A stretch of 64,000 nucleotides of DNA from a virus (taxonomy: Duplodnaviria; Caudoviricetes), in IMG/VR virus record IMGVR_UViG_3300037067_013617, positions 27,943-91,942 of that record, one strand, 5' to 3'. Within the stretch, counting starts at the first letter, position 1. The number at the start of each line of letters is the position of its first letter. A program made the position numbers and the translations under genes. Below, piece by piece: positions 52,380 to 61,583 of the stretch. The notes under the pieces were generated by a model, which had not been told where the DNA came from, made no database searches, and saw nothing but the letters and a program-made list of their open reading frames with translations.

Positions 52380-52562
52380 CTAATTATTTTGTGTTTCTCG
52401 TAGCCTCTTTTCATATTCTGTCTGTAAACAAAATTCACATGGGTCTACTATCAATTCATTATATCTATTTGTAGTGGTATTTAAAGAATGACCGCAGACA
52501 TTACACGATACATCAAATTCTATATCCACATCGACCGCTACTTCTTTGCTAACTATTGCCAT
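52380..52562 (-). CDS. Small Zn-ribbon protein
   Basis: CNVC..PCEFC; GGAGG RBS. Confidence 0.55.
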   Translation of the reverse strand: MAIVSKEVAVDVDIEFDVSCNVCGHSLNTTTNRYNELIVDPCEFCLQTEYEKRLRETQNN

Positions 52563-52615
52563 AAAACATTCCTCCTGTTATAATTTAACGCTCTATCTGA
52601 GCGTGTGAAGACTTA

Positions 52616-52993
52616 TTAAAGACATAACTGTTCTTTTGTCGTTGCTAATAATTTTATTATTTTACCCGTTTCACAGATAACTAATTCTTTTATCCCGTAT
52701 TTTTTCATAATTTCAATGCAATTATTACACGCATAAGAATGACCAATCAGATATAGAGTTCCTCCATGAGCTCTTCCTCTAGCATGATTACAAGCGTCTA
52801 CTTCTGCATGATTTACTTGCTTACATATATCCTTACATTTTTCATAGCCTTCGCCGGTTTTCATCCCTTCTCTTGGGCAAACTTTAATTTCTTTGTTCCG
52901 GATGCTATTATTTCCAATATCAATAAATTTACCATCCTTCATTATTACTGCTATCGTAGTTTGTTTTAAGCATTGTGGCATATTCAACTCCAC
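52616..52993 (-). CDS. dCMP/cytidine deaminase-family protein
   Basis: HAE..A, C..C, CPR. Confidence 0.8.
   Translation of the reverse strand: MELNMPQCLKQTTIAVIMKDGKFIDIGNNSIRNKEIKVCPREGMKTGEGYEKCKDICKQVNHAEVDACNHARGRAHGGTLYLIGHSYACNNCIEIMKKYGIKELVICETGKIIKLLATTKEQLCL
52617..52644. repeat. dif-like site J (spacer CTGTTC) inside the deaminase 3' end
   Basis: TAAAGACATAA CTGTTC TTTTGTCGTTG. Confidence 0.7.
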
Positions 52994-53532
52994 TGCTCGG
53001 CCATAGCAGCAGCAATTCCGGAATAAAATATTGACCTTAATTTTCCACGCTCAGGAGACGGTGACATCTTCCATATTCTTTGTTCTCTGCCATCAACTAT
53101 ATTTGTCGGTTTAAGCAAAGGTAAATTTTTCAACCAGAGGCAAGTTTTTTTAGTTTCTCCGTGTCCATATTGCCAAGGCTGAATATATTGATCTGGTTTC
53201 CTATATTTCGTTGACATTATCCCTACTGGATTTTCAATTGCAATTTTTGGAATATTTGCATTTACTAATTGCATAAAAAATGCAATTGCCTGTTTCTGTT
53301 GTTCTTGTTTATAAATAAAATGTTTTGCGCCACATACTGCAATATCTGTACAAGGAGGATGTGCAATCATCATATCCCAACAATCATCGTCTAAATAATA
53401 TAAAACATCGTCTTGGATATGTTGCCCTGGAATTTCGGTAGGCGATAAATCACATGACCAAGCATTGTGTCCTCTAGCTTTAAATGCCTCGCGGACTATT
53501 CCAGAAAATTCACAAGCAATTAAAATATTCAT
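52984..53532 (-). CDS. DNA C5-cytosine methyltransferase (short phage type)
   Basis: ACEFSG, HPPCT, IENP, K.TCLWL. Confidence 0.8.
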   Translation of the reverse strand: MNILIACEFSGIVREAFKARGHNAWSCDLSPTEIPGQHIQDDVLYYLDDDCWDMMIAHPPCTDIAVCGAKHFIYKQEQQKQAIAFFMQLVNANIPKIAIENPVGIMSTKYRKPDQYIQPWQYGHGETKKTCLWLKNLPLLKPTNIVDGREQRIWKMSPSPERGKLRSIFYSGIAAAMAEQWS

Positions 53533-53542
53533 AAATTATCCT

Positions 53543-53570
53543 TTACGACATAATGTCTGTTTTGTCGAAG
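53543..53570. repeat. dif-like site G (spacer TGTCTG)
   Basis: TTACGACATAA TGTCTG TTTTGTCGAAG, filling most of the intergenic gap. Confidence 0.8.
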
Positions 53571-53574
53571 CTAT

Positions 53575-53907
53575 TTATAATATACTTTCTTCATAATAAA
53601 TTGACTTATTATTTTTTTTAGCATATTCAATTTCAGATCGAGTTGAATCTCCTATGTAACCATTAATATTTAATACAAAAATTTCATCTGATAAATCAAT
53701 TTTTCTTTTATGAACTTCATCTACAATCTCTTTTACATTCTCTTGATCTCCAATATGCGTTTTATTTTCCCCTTGAAAATATGAATCCGGTAAAGCACAC
53801 CAAGATAAAACAACATGTCCCTGTTTTGTAAATTCCCATTGTTTAATAAGCATTTGTTCTGCAAATCGAGTTGAACCACATAAAGTAATTATTTTATAAT
53901 TTTTCAT
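53575..53907 (-). CDS. NDT-like/DUF4406-type protein
   Basis: ITLCGSTRF, HKRKIDLSD, GYIGDSTRSEIEYA. Confidence 0.7.
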   Translation of the reverse strand: MKNYKIITLCGSTRFAEQMLIKQWEFTKQGHVVLSWCALPDSYFQGENKTHIGDQENVKEIVDEVHKRKIDLSDEIFVLNINGYIGDSTRSEIEYAKKNNKSIYYEESIL

Positions 53908-53940
53908 TCTTTTCTTCTTTATAATATTATAGCAATTTAA

Positions 53941-54252
53941 TTAAATATTTATTCCAACAAAATGAGACCAAGCTAAGAAAAAACAAATAAATTTTTTATT
54001 ATATCCCCACGATCCAGTAAGAATAAAATTTATAGGTAAACCTATTACAAATAATAAATAAATTATACCAAAAAATGGTAAAGTTAATCTCCACAAGAAA
54101 GAGGATTTAATTTTATCTTTACGTTTATAAAAATAATATGGACTATAAATATCATCAAGTTTAGAATATTGATAAGGTGTAAGTTCAATTTCTTTGTTAA
54201 GCCAACTTTTAACCTCTAAAAAATCTGCTCTTTGTAATTGTGACAAATTCAT
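53941..54252 (-). CDS. Hypothetical membrane protein
   Basis: Hydrophobic C-terminal half; first gene of the leftward operon. Confidence 0.55.
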   Translation of the reverse strand: MNLSQLQRADFLEVKSWLNKEIELTPYQYSKLDDIYSPYYFYKRKDKIKSSFLWRLTLPFFGIIYLLFVIGLPINFILTGSWGYNKKFICFFLAWSHFVGINI

Positions 54253-54265
54253 TTCTTTTTTCCTT

Positions 54266-54293
54266 CAACGACATAAGTCGCCTTTTGTGGTTG
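54266..54293. repeat. dif-like site H (spacer GTCGCC)
   Basis: CAACGACATAA GTCGCC TTTTGTGGTTG. Confidence 0.8.
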
Positions 54294-54475
54294 ATTTTCT
54301 TTTTTTTATTCCGTACTCAATAAATAGAGCATACGCAAATTCTTGTCAAGAAAAAAATAAAATTTTTTCCGTTTTTTTATTTTTCCCGTTTTTTTGCAAA
54401 ATTGTGTTGACAAAAATTATATTATTTATTTATGTCTCTTAATGTATTTAAAAATTTAAATAAGGAGGTGGATGA

Positions 54476-54655
54476 ATGTCTGATGACCAGGCAAAAATAA
54501 CTATTGTATGCAGCCGTGAACTTAAGAGAAAAGCTAAGCAGGCAATGTTGAATCAGGAGATCGATTCAGTGCAGGACGGCTATCTGAAAATTTTTGAACT
54601 CGGCCTGAAGCATTTCAATAAGGAAAGTCCGAAAAAAGGAGGTGAGGGTAAATGA
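54476..54655 (+). CDS. RHH-like small DNA-binding protein (missed by ORF track)
   Basis: MSDDQAKITIVCSRELKRKAKQAMLNQEIDSVQDGYLKIFELGLKHF...; AGGAGG RBS; TTGACA upstream. Confidence 0.6.
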   Translation: MSDDQAKITIVCSRELKRKAKQAMLNQEIDSVQDGYLKIFELGLKHFNKESPKKGGEGK

Positions 54656-54843
54656 CGAATTGCGCGATGGAAGTCAAGGGAGATATTTTGACGATTACAG
54701 TCGATTTATCGAAGCGATATGGTCCAAGCAAGTCAGGGAAAACGGAAACTATTGCAACAACATCCGGCAATATCTCTGCGCCTGAACATCCTGATATTAA
54801 AATCGGGCTGAATGTTTACGCTAAAGGAGAAGCAAAGAAATGA
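54652..54843 (+). CDS. Conserved small phage protein
   Basis: LTITVDLSKRYGPSKSGKT..IATTSGN; coupled overlap. Confidence 0.65.
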   Translation: MTNCAMEVKGDILTITVDLSKRYGPSKSGKTETIATTSGNISAPEHPDIKIGLNVYAKGEAKK

Positions 54844-55232
54844 TAGAACTGAATAAGGCAGACCTTTTAAAAAAATGGTTAAAAGCCAAAAAAGCGGAAA
54901 CAAAAGCAAAAGATGATCGTGTCGCAGTCGAAGATGACATTATTAAAATCTATGGCATAGATTTCGATGGAACATCTAGAACCTTTAAAGAAGATGATCT
55001 CGGTTTTTCTGTAAATATTAAAAAGAATGTTATACATCAATTCGATCAGGACGCATGGAAATCGGTTCGGGCGGATATTCCCGTAGATTTACGTCCAGAA
55101 AAAGTTAAGTTTGAAGTTGATGTCAAAGGCTTTGAATATTTAAAGGAAAACAATAAAGAAGTCTATCTCAAAGTCAGCGATTGCGTAACGGTGAAAGAAA
55201 ACAAAACAACCGTCAAGGTTGAAAAAATTTAA
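54840..55232 (+). CDS. Hypothetical protein (recombination-module associated)
   Basis: W..AK..E..A...R..VE pattern; coupled overlap. Confidence 0.6.
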   Translation: MIELNKADLLKKWLKAKKAETKAKDDRVAVEDDIIKIYGIDFDGTSRTFKEDDLGFSVNIKKNVIHQFDQDAWKSVRADIPVDLRPEKVKFEVDVKGFEYLKENNKEVYLKVSDCVTVKENKTTVKVEKI

Positions 55233-55241
55233 TTAAAAATA

Positions 55242-55952
55242 TTATTCTGCTTTATTTTTAAATAAAGCAGAATCTTTATATAATAAAATTTCTTCTACTG
55301 TAGCATATCGCCATTTATATCCTTTGATTGTTTTACGTCCATATTTATTCTTGCAACAAGCTGAAATATTACATCTATATGCTTTTACTGCATTTGCAGC
55401 ATTTTTTATGCAAATAAAAAAACTGATAACTTCATTAGTATTTTTATCTATTTGTAATACTGGTTTGATCCCAGGATGTTGCCATCCTGTCATTTTTCCT
55501 TTATGTGCAATACTTTGATTTTTTCTTCTTTGTAATGTGTGTTTTACTCCAATCATGGTTTTCTTTATTTTTTTGATAGTTTGCTTTGATGTCTTATGAC
55601 CTTTTTGTCTTTCACTTTTAGCTCTATTCGCTTCTTCGGAATGTTTTATCCCTAAAGTACTTCCTGCAATTCTACAAGTATTATATAATTTTGATTTAGA
55701 ATATGTATCAAGAAATTTTTGTTCATAATATAATAAATCTGTTATTTCGCAAAATAATATAATTTCAAATATAAAATTATGTTCTCCATACTTATTATAA
55801 GCATATTGCAATAAAATTCCATGATGTTTATTTTTTCTTAATAATCTGAAATGATCTTTTTTTCTTTTCGTTAAATCTTTAGAACTTCCGATATATCTTT
55901 TCCCGTTTATTTTATTTATTATTTGGTAAATGCCTGTATTATTATGTTTCAT
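55242..55952 (-). CDS. GIY-YIG homing endonuclease
   Basis: NTGIYQI..KRYIGSS, GYKWRY; antisense insertion. Confidence 0.9.
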   Translation of the reverse strand: MKHNNTGIYQIINKINGKRYIGSSKDLTKRKKDHFRLLRKNKHHGILLQYAYNKYGEHNFIFEIILFCEITDLLYYEQKFLDTYSKSKLYNTCRIAGSTLGIKHSEEANRAKSERQKGHKTSKQTIKKIKKTMIGVKHTLQRRKNQSIAHKGKMTGWQHPGIKPVLQIDKNTNEVISFFICIKNAANAVKAYRCNISACCKNKYGRKTIKGYKWRYATVEEILLYKDSALFKNKAE

Positions 55953-56091
55953 AACACTATTTGTAGAATAATATAGAAAAAAATCAAATATTTTTTTATT
56001 TTTTTATTAAAAAAATTATTATTTTCTTGACAAAAATAGAATTATAATTTTGAATGTTATTTAGTTAAATAAATCAAATAAGGAGGTGTGC

Positions 56092-56271
56092 ATGGCAACA
56101 GAAAAAAATACCGTTTCTCTTTATCTGGATACAACAACCAGAAAAGAAATTGAAAGTTTTTTTCTTGATTGCAGAATTAAAAATTTTCAAAAAGGATATC
56201 GAGAAATAATTACACTCGGTTTCAAAGAATTTAAAAAACAACAACAAGGGAGGAACAAAAATTCAAAATGA
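56092..56271 (+). CDS. RHH-like small protein, paralog of 54476
   Basis: NFQKGYREIITLGFKEF versus SVQDGYLKIFELGLKHF. Confidence 0.55.
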   Translation: MATEKNTVSLYLDTTTRKEIESFFLDCRIKNFQKGYREIITLGFKEFKKQQQGRNKNSK

Positions 56272-57104
56272 GTTTAAAATTTAAAATGCGACAGGTGTAT
56301 TCTCCTCCAGTTATGGTTATTTATGGAGGGCCAGGGATCGGAAAAACATCTTTTGGAATAGGCGCCGATGCTTCCACAAAGTATAGTGTTGGGAAGGAAA
56401 ATCATTTACTGATTAACATTGATTATCGGGGAGCAGACAGATTAGTTTGTAATCGTGCAACAGACTTATTAAATAAGCCTATTCAATCAGTTGCAGACAT
56501 TGATTTAATCTTCAAATATATCGCTGAAAACGATCATGATATTGAATGGCTTGTATTTGACGATTTATCCACAATGGAAGAAATGTTTGTTACCGAAGTA
56601 TGCACGGATAATAAAGTATCTGCAATTAATCAAATAGAATATGGAAGAGGCTATGAATTAGCAAGAGCTAAATGGTATCATCTATTTCTTTTGATTAAGG
56701 ATTTACAGGAAGTAAAGCCTATAGGGATTATTTTGATTGGTCATACAAAAGTTGAAAATGTTAAAGACCCCGTTTCTGAATCATATTCACGGCATGATTT
56801 ACAACTTGATAAAAGATCAAAAGAAATAATTAAGAAATCAGTTGATCTTATAGGTTTTGCTCACAAAAAAGTTTTAACAAAGAAAAGTGATGCTGCATTC
56901 GGAAAAAAAGAAAATGTACCAGTAGGCAAATCCGAAAGAGTATTAACTATCGCTCCGGATTTAGAAGGATTTGAATCAAAAGACAGATTCAATCTGCCGG
57001 AAGAAATTCAATTGGATTGGTCAATTTTTATTGCCGAATTAAATAAATCTTTAAATGCAAATAAAGAAACCAATTCGGTTGAAAAAAAATCTAAAATCAA
57101 ATAA
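56268..57104 (+). CDS. Sak4-like AAA ATPase (phage recombination protein)
   Basis: YGGPGIGKT, LVFD, YGRGY, LIGH, K.RFNLP. Confidence 0.85.
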   Translation: MSLKFKMRQVYSPPVMVIYGGPGIGKTSFGIGADASTKYSVGKENHLLINIDYRGADRLVCNRATDLLNKPIQSVADIDLIFKYIAENDHDIEWLVFDDLSTMEEMFVTEVCTDNKVSAINQIEYGRGYELARAKWYHLFLLIKDLQEVKPIGIILIGHTKVENVKDPVSESYSRHDLQLDKRSKEIIKKSVDLIGFAHKKVLTKKSDAAFGKKENVPVGKSERVLTIAPDLEGFESKDRFNLPEEIQLDWSIFIAELNKSLNANKETNSVEKKSKIK

Positions 57105-57138
57105 TTAAAAAATTAAAATACAAGGAGAAAAATAAAAT

Positions 57139-57669
57139 ATGGCAGAGTTAAATTATCAAGCCGATGTCAATGACACTAAAGAAAATCAATTTGATCCTGT
57201 CCCTGCGGCAATTTATACTGTAGTTGTAGAGGATAGTGATTATGCTGACAACAAAAATCAAACAGGCAGAATTCTCAAGATAACTTATCAAATAATAGAT
57301 GGCCCGATGAAAGGCAAAAAAATATTTGAAAATTTAAATCTTGAAAATGAAAGTGCACAGGCGGAACAAATTTCAAGGCGAGCTCTTAATGCATTATGTG
57401 TTGCCTGCGATGTAACTAATCTTAAGGATAGTGCGATGTTGCATAACATTCCATTAAAGATCGATGTCGGCATAAAACCGCCGGTAATGGCAAAAGATGC
57501 CGCGGGAAATGAATATGAGCAATATCCGATGGGAAATAAAATCAAAAAGCATTTGCCTTTAGATGATAAAAAATCCGTTGCAGCAAATACTACGGAAGAA
57601 AAATCTGCTCCAGCAACTCAATCAAAAGGAAAAGCAGCATCAGCAAAGAAGCATCCCTGGGAAAAGTAA
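57139..57669 (+). CDS. DUF669-type single-stranded DNA-binding protein
   Basis: FDPVPA..Y, G.KIFENLNL, C-terminal PW; follows Sak4. Confidence 0.8.
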   Translation: MAELNYQADVNDTKENQFDPVPAAIYTVVVEDSDYADNKNQTGRILKITYQIIDGPMKGKKIFENLNLENESAQAEQISRRALNALCVACDVTNLKDSAMLHNIPLKIDVGIKPPVMAKDAAGNEYEQYPMGNKIKKHLPLDDKKSVAANTTEEKSAPATQSKGKAASAKKHPWEK

Positions 57670-57692
57670 AAAATTTTTAAAATTTTAAATTT

Positions 57693-57726
57693 AAAAAAGC
57701 CACATTTATAATGTGGCTTTTATTTT
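57693..57726. terminator. Bidirectional intrinsic terminator
   Basis: AAAAAAGCCACATT-TAT-AATGTGGCTTTT between convergent genes. Confidence 0.75.
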
Positions 57727-58366
57727 ATGTTGATTTAATTTCTAAATAATAAGTAATACCGGCAGCAATAATTTTCCTTAAAATATTTTGTACCGTCCAG
57801 ATATCCACCGAAGCAGTATCATATAATGTTATTTTAATTGTGTAATAGGAACTGTCATAGCTCCCGGCCAGCGCGGGGACATATACAATAATTGTTCCAT
57901 CCGGCATAGTATAAGTACCGGCATCATATCGTCCGGCGAAGCAAAAACCGGCAAAAGCTGAGGATGTTAATACATTAGATATTTCAGGCTCAAGACTTGA
58001 ATAAGGCCGTAACCAATAAATGATTGCGGCGCGGGATACTTTCTGTTGGAATACGGTTGCGATAGTTCGCTGTACCCATTCCGCATCACTTTCGTCTTCG
58101 AATTGCAGACTATTAAAAAATTCATTAAGTTGATATTTTAAAAATTCGCTTGCGGCTTCATCGAGATATAATTGTTTAATTAAAGTAATAGAAAGCAATC
58201 GTAAATATTCAATCTGGCTGGCTATGGCACCGATATCAATATCAGTTGGTTTTGAGATAGTGCTGGGAATAGTTCCATTTCTATCGCAAATTAAACTTTT
58301 ATAGACGGGATCATCTATATTGAATAAAGTTTTAAGATTATTATTTATTTTATCTGTTATTGCCAT
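57725..58366 (-). CDS. Baseplate wedge protein (gpI-like candidate)
   Basis: Follows baseplate J; LYLDEA, ESD...R, AAGI motifs. Confidence 0.6.
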   Translation of the reverse strand: MAITDKINNNLKTLFNIDDPVYKSLICDRNGTIPSTISKPTDIDIGAIASQIEYLRLLSITLIKQLYLDEAASEFLKYQLNEFFNSLQFEDESDAEWVQRTIATVFQQKVSRAAIIYWLRPYSSLEPEISNVLTSSAFAGFCFAGRYDAGTYTMPDGTIIVYVPALAGSYDSSYYTIKITLYDTASVDIWTVQNILRKIIAAGITYYLEIKST

Positions 58367-58375
58367 ATTATTATT

Positions 58376-59803
58376 TTAGAAAGTTGATGTTACGGATACG
58401 GCTACCGTTACCGTACCACCTGTACCTGTGCCTGTTTTTGCAAATTCATTGTCACTGATAACAGTATCTATTGTTGGATTATTGACAATAACATTATAAA
58501 CAGCTGCATTTGAATCCATAGCCACCCTTATAATTTGAGATAAAAGAACATTCTCACCGAGTATTCTTGTATTGATATATTGTTCAATTGCGGTCTGTAC
58601 TGCTGTTTGAATTTCTGTCAGGTCTACATTTACATTCGATAATCTATAAACGGATATAGAAACATCTACAGGAACGATAGTTGGAGTATCAATGATATAG
58701 CCTATTCCTTCAGCATTCTTTCCAGGATAATTATAAAAATCATTAGGATCTCCATATAATACTTTTGTAATTTCAGCTAATAATGTTGCCGATAACGAGC
58801 CCGACCCTGAACCGTCATCGATAATAATTGTATTCGTGCCCTTAAAAGGATATGATGTCCGCATCCCTGCGCTTCGGATGCCGGATATGGCACGCAGAGC
58901 ATTTAAAATCCCTTCTTTTGTCCCGGCATTTAATGAATTAACGGTATCCGCAAATCTTGTCTTTCTCGCTGCGTTTGTTTCTTCAGCCGCGCCGCCGCTA
59001 AAAGCCGAATCATTTATAACTTGTTCTATGCCGTCAATTGTTGAATTAATAAATCCTTTTCCGTTTAATGTATCGATGGCTTCAGCAGCTATATTCCCGA
59101 TAATTCCGGCCAACGCCGGTTCTGCCGCAATGGTAACGCTGGATTGTCCTGCTTCTAATGTCCCGTCGGCTGTTGTTAAAATGGATAATTGATTGATAGT
59201 AATGGAATATCCGGTTGGAATAGATATTTCCGCGTCAGTTGCAAATAATATATCTAATCCATCGACATTTAAATAATTTACTATTCCGATAACTTCTTCC
59301 GCAGTATATTGATACAAAGTATTAGACGCAATCGATCCGTCTTTAACCAATGTCGCTTCCCAATTCGTTAAAGCGTCAATAGCTGTTGCCAGATCATCAA
59401 GAGTCGGATATGAAGCATAATCAAAATCAAAAGCATCCGATGGCGCACCCGTAACTGATGCCGTAAAATTTGTAGAATTTGATGTAACTAAAGCGCTTGT
59501 TCCTGCACCTGTATAATTTATAATTATTGCCGGCTTCCGGTATAACCGTAAATATCCGGCTGATTTTAATGCTTCTGTCCTTCCGAATCCAAATCCTTCA
59601 TACAAAGCTACCGGAATAGATTTATATAATGCCTCTTTGAAATCTGAAGCGATGCTAGCAATAATTTCAGAATTAGATTCAAGTAATGCCCGTTGAGGAC
59701 TACCCTCGTTAAAATCAGTAAGTCCAATTCCATCAGCTAATATTGCTTTTTCATACATTGTATATAATTGATCGGCGGTATAAACTTTTAATATATCAGC
59801 CAT
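58376..59803 (-). CDS. Baseplate J-like protein
   Basis: TDFNEGS..RALLE, G..GNIAA..I, GGAAEET...R, GT..GI, LGE. Confidence 0.85.
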   Translation of the reverse strand: MADILKVYTADQLYTMYEKAILADGIGLTDFNEGSPQRALLESNSEIIASIASDFKEALYKSIPVALYEGFGFGRTEALKSAGYLRLYRKPAIIINYTGAGTSALVTSNSTNFTASVTGAPSDAFDFDYASYPTLDDLATAIDALTNWEATLVKDGSIASNTLYQYTAEEVIGIVNYLNVDGLDILFATDAEISIPTGYSITINQLSILTTADGTLEAGQSSVTIAAEPALAGIIGNIAAEAIDTLNGKGFINSTIDGIEQVINDSAFSGGAAEETNAARKTRFADTVNSLNAGTKEGILNALRAISGIRSAGMRTSYPFKGTNTIIIDDGSGSGSLSATLLAEITKVLYGDPNDFYNYPGKNAEGIGYIIDTPTIVPVDVSISVYRLSNVNVDLTEIQTAVQTAIEQYINTRILGENVLLSQIIRVAMDSNAAVYNVIVNNPTIDTVISDNEFAKTGTGTGGTVTVAVSVTSTF

Positions 59804-61578
59804 TATACTGTTACCTCTCTGGTCTGTTCAGAGTTGATAAAAAATATTTTAGTCGGAACGGATATGGATTCACCGTCCCACACTAATTTTTTTAAATCCA
59901 TTTTAGCGGACTCAACTCTTGGATCTGATTGAATTTGATTCAGCATATCCGTTAAGTATCTATCAATTTTAACCAGCATTGGTGTATTGCTGTCATCAAG
60001 CGCGAATGTTCCCCAATTCGGATTAAAAACATTGAGCGATCCTTTTTTATTTTTAATTCTATTCTCAACAGCTTTAAATGCATTCTCTATCCCAGTACAA
60101 ATTTTTAGCTTGCCCGATGCAAGTAATAATTCATTATTCAATCCAAAAGCAAATCCTGATCCGAATACAAATTTTTCGGGATCGCTGTAATCTGTTTCAT
60201 AAACCAGATTATCATCACCGCGGGCAGTTGTACCAATCGGAAAAGGAATTTTTATTTTTTGTCCGATAAGTGTTCCATCGATAAAATCATTTTCCGATAT
60301 GCCGTTAAATTTTAAAATTTGAATATACTTTTCTTGATCCTTTAATTCTTTCAATGCGATGCTTCTTAAAGTATCACCTTCCATCACTTCATAATAATAA
60401 AAATTTGTAGTATTCTCGGTACGGCCAGCATCAGGCGAAGTGAACTGCTCCTCCGTTAATGTATAATCATCAGCATCAGAATAATATTTTAATTCATTGA
60501 TAATAACTGTTGACTTGATAATACCGTTTAAAATATTAGCCTGTAATTTTATTTTTTTGATAGTATTATAAAAAGTTAATAAATCAATATTAACGACTTC
60601 ATCAATAGTTAAATCTCCGTTGTCATAATCTGTGCGCTGACCAATAGACAGGAAAGTAGTAATAAAATTAGAAGATGCCAGATCAAGACTGGTCAATAAA
60701 TCATTAACATAAATCGGCATATTTACGCTTAACGTAGATTTCCCTGCTTGTATATTTTCATTCTCAGCAGATATTTTAGTTAATAGATCAGTAATATTTA
60801 CAATCGTATTCAGGAAAGAATAATTATATCCTATTTCTCCCTGGATGTCATTAAATACTGTTTCAAAAGGTATCTGTTGAATTTGCGTATTTGTTCTGTC
60901 AAGACTTTCATTTACTGACGGCTTGACTTTTAATTCAGAATTTCTTTGAATAGTATCCGGCTCATAACATTCAATTTCAATGGTATAATCAATCGCAAGA
61001 TGTTTTGTATCGGATTGATTACTGGTAAAGCTGGCAATTCTTGAAAAGAAATGATCGTTCATGTCGTAGTCATGGAATATCAATCGAATCTCATCCATCA
61101 ATGCGCCGGTTTTATTTTTTATCTTTGATGCTACTTTTTTATATAATTGTGCTATTTCCGGAATTTGCATTAAATCGGTAGGCGTATCGACGCGAGCCTT
61201 AGACATCATCGTGTAGTCACGAAACCGGATAAGCATCCATCTCAGTTTAAAAAATTCTTCCAGGCCCGAAAGAGTATTTTGCAGACCGGTATTGTCACGG
61301 GCGACGGGGTTGTCCGGGCTGCCGATATAAGGAAAATAAAGACATCCGTTCAGAGTAATTGATTTTGTCGCGTTTCCGCCGTCTATGTTATAATTTCCGC
61401 CGAGTGTTGGAACGGTTGCGGAACGAGTTGATTCCGATACGGTTTTTCCTTTCGGAGGAGTTAAAAAGAATATTTCAGCTATCGTATTACGGTTTTTATT
61501 TACGAATTCGAACGAATATAATCCTGTAAATATAAAGGTGCCTTTATATAAATGCTGTATAAGTGTGGGTAAGTTCAT
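59803..61578 (-). CDS. Baseplate protein with LysM and C-terminal gp25-like domain
   Basis: YEVMEGDTLRSIA...IL..N..IGQKIKIP; G.L..FNPNWG...DPRVES. Confidence 0.75.
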   Translation of the reverse strand: MNLPTLIQHLYKGTFIFTGLYSFEFVNKNRNTIAEIFFLTPPKGKTVSESTRSATVPTLGGNYNIDGGNATKSITLNGCLYFPYIGSPDNPVARDNTGLQNTLSGLEEFFKLRWMLIRFRDYTMMSKARVDTPTDLMQIPEIAQLYKKVASKIKNKTGALMDEIRLIFHDYDMNDHFFSRIASFTSNQSDTKHLAIDYTIEIECYEPDTIQRNSELKVKPSVNESLDRTNTQIQQIPFETVFNDIQGEIGYNYSFLNTIVNITDLLTKISAENENIQAGKSTLSVNMPIYVNDLLTSLDLASSNFITTFLSIGQRTDYDNGDLTIDEVVNIDLLTFYNTIKKIKLQANILNGIIKSTVIINELKYYSDADDYTLTEEQFTSPDAGRTENTTNFYYYEVMEGDTLRSIALKELKDQEKYIQILKFNGISENDFIDGTLIGQKIKIPFPIGTTARGDDNLVYETDYSDPEKFVFGSGFAFGLNNELLLASGKLKICTGIENAFKAVENRIKNKKGSLNVFNPNWGTFALDDSNTPMLVKIDRYLTDMLNQIQSDPRVESAKMDLKKLVWDGESISVPTKIFFINSEQTREVTV

Positions 61579-61583
61579 CGGCC

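Noticed and set aside
1526-60269. Numerous opposite-strand ORFs in the track (for example 1526, 8426, 9338, 15215, 21980, 23478, 35359, 58836)
   Set aside because: They are antisense shadows of well-supported genes, with no RBS or recognisable motifs
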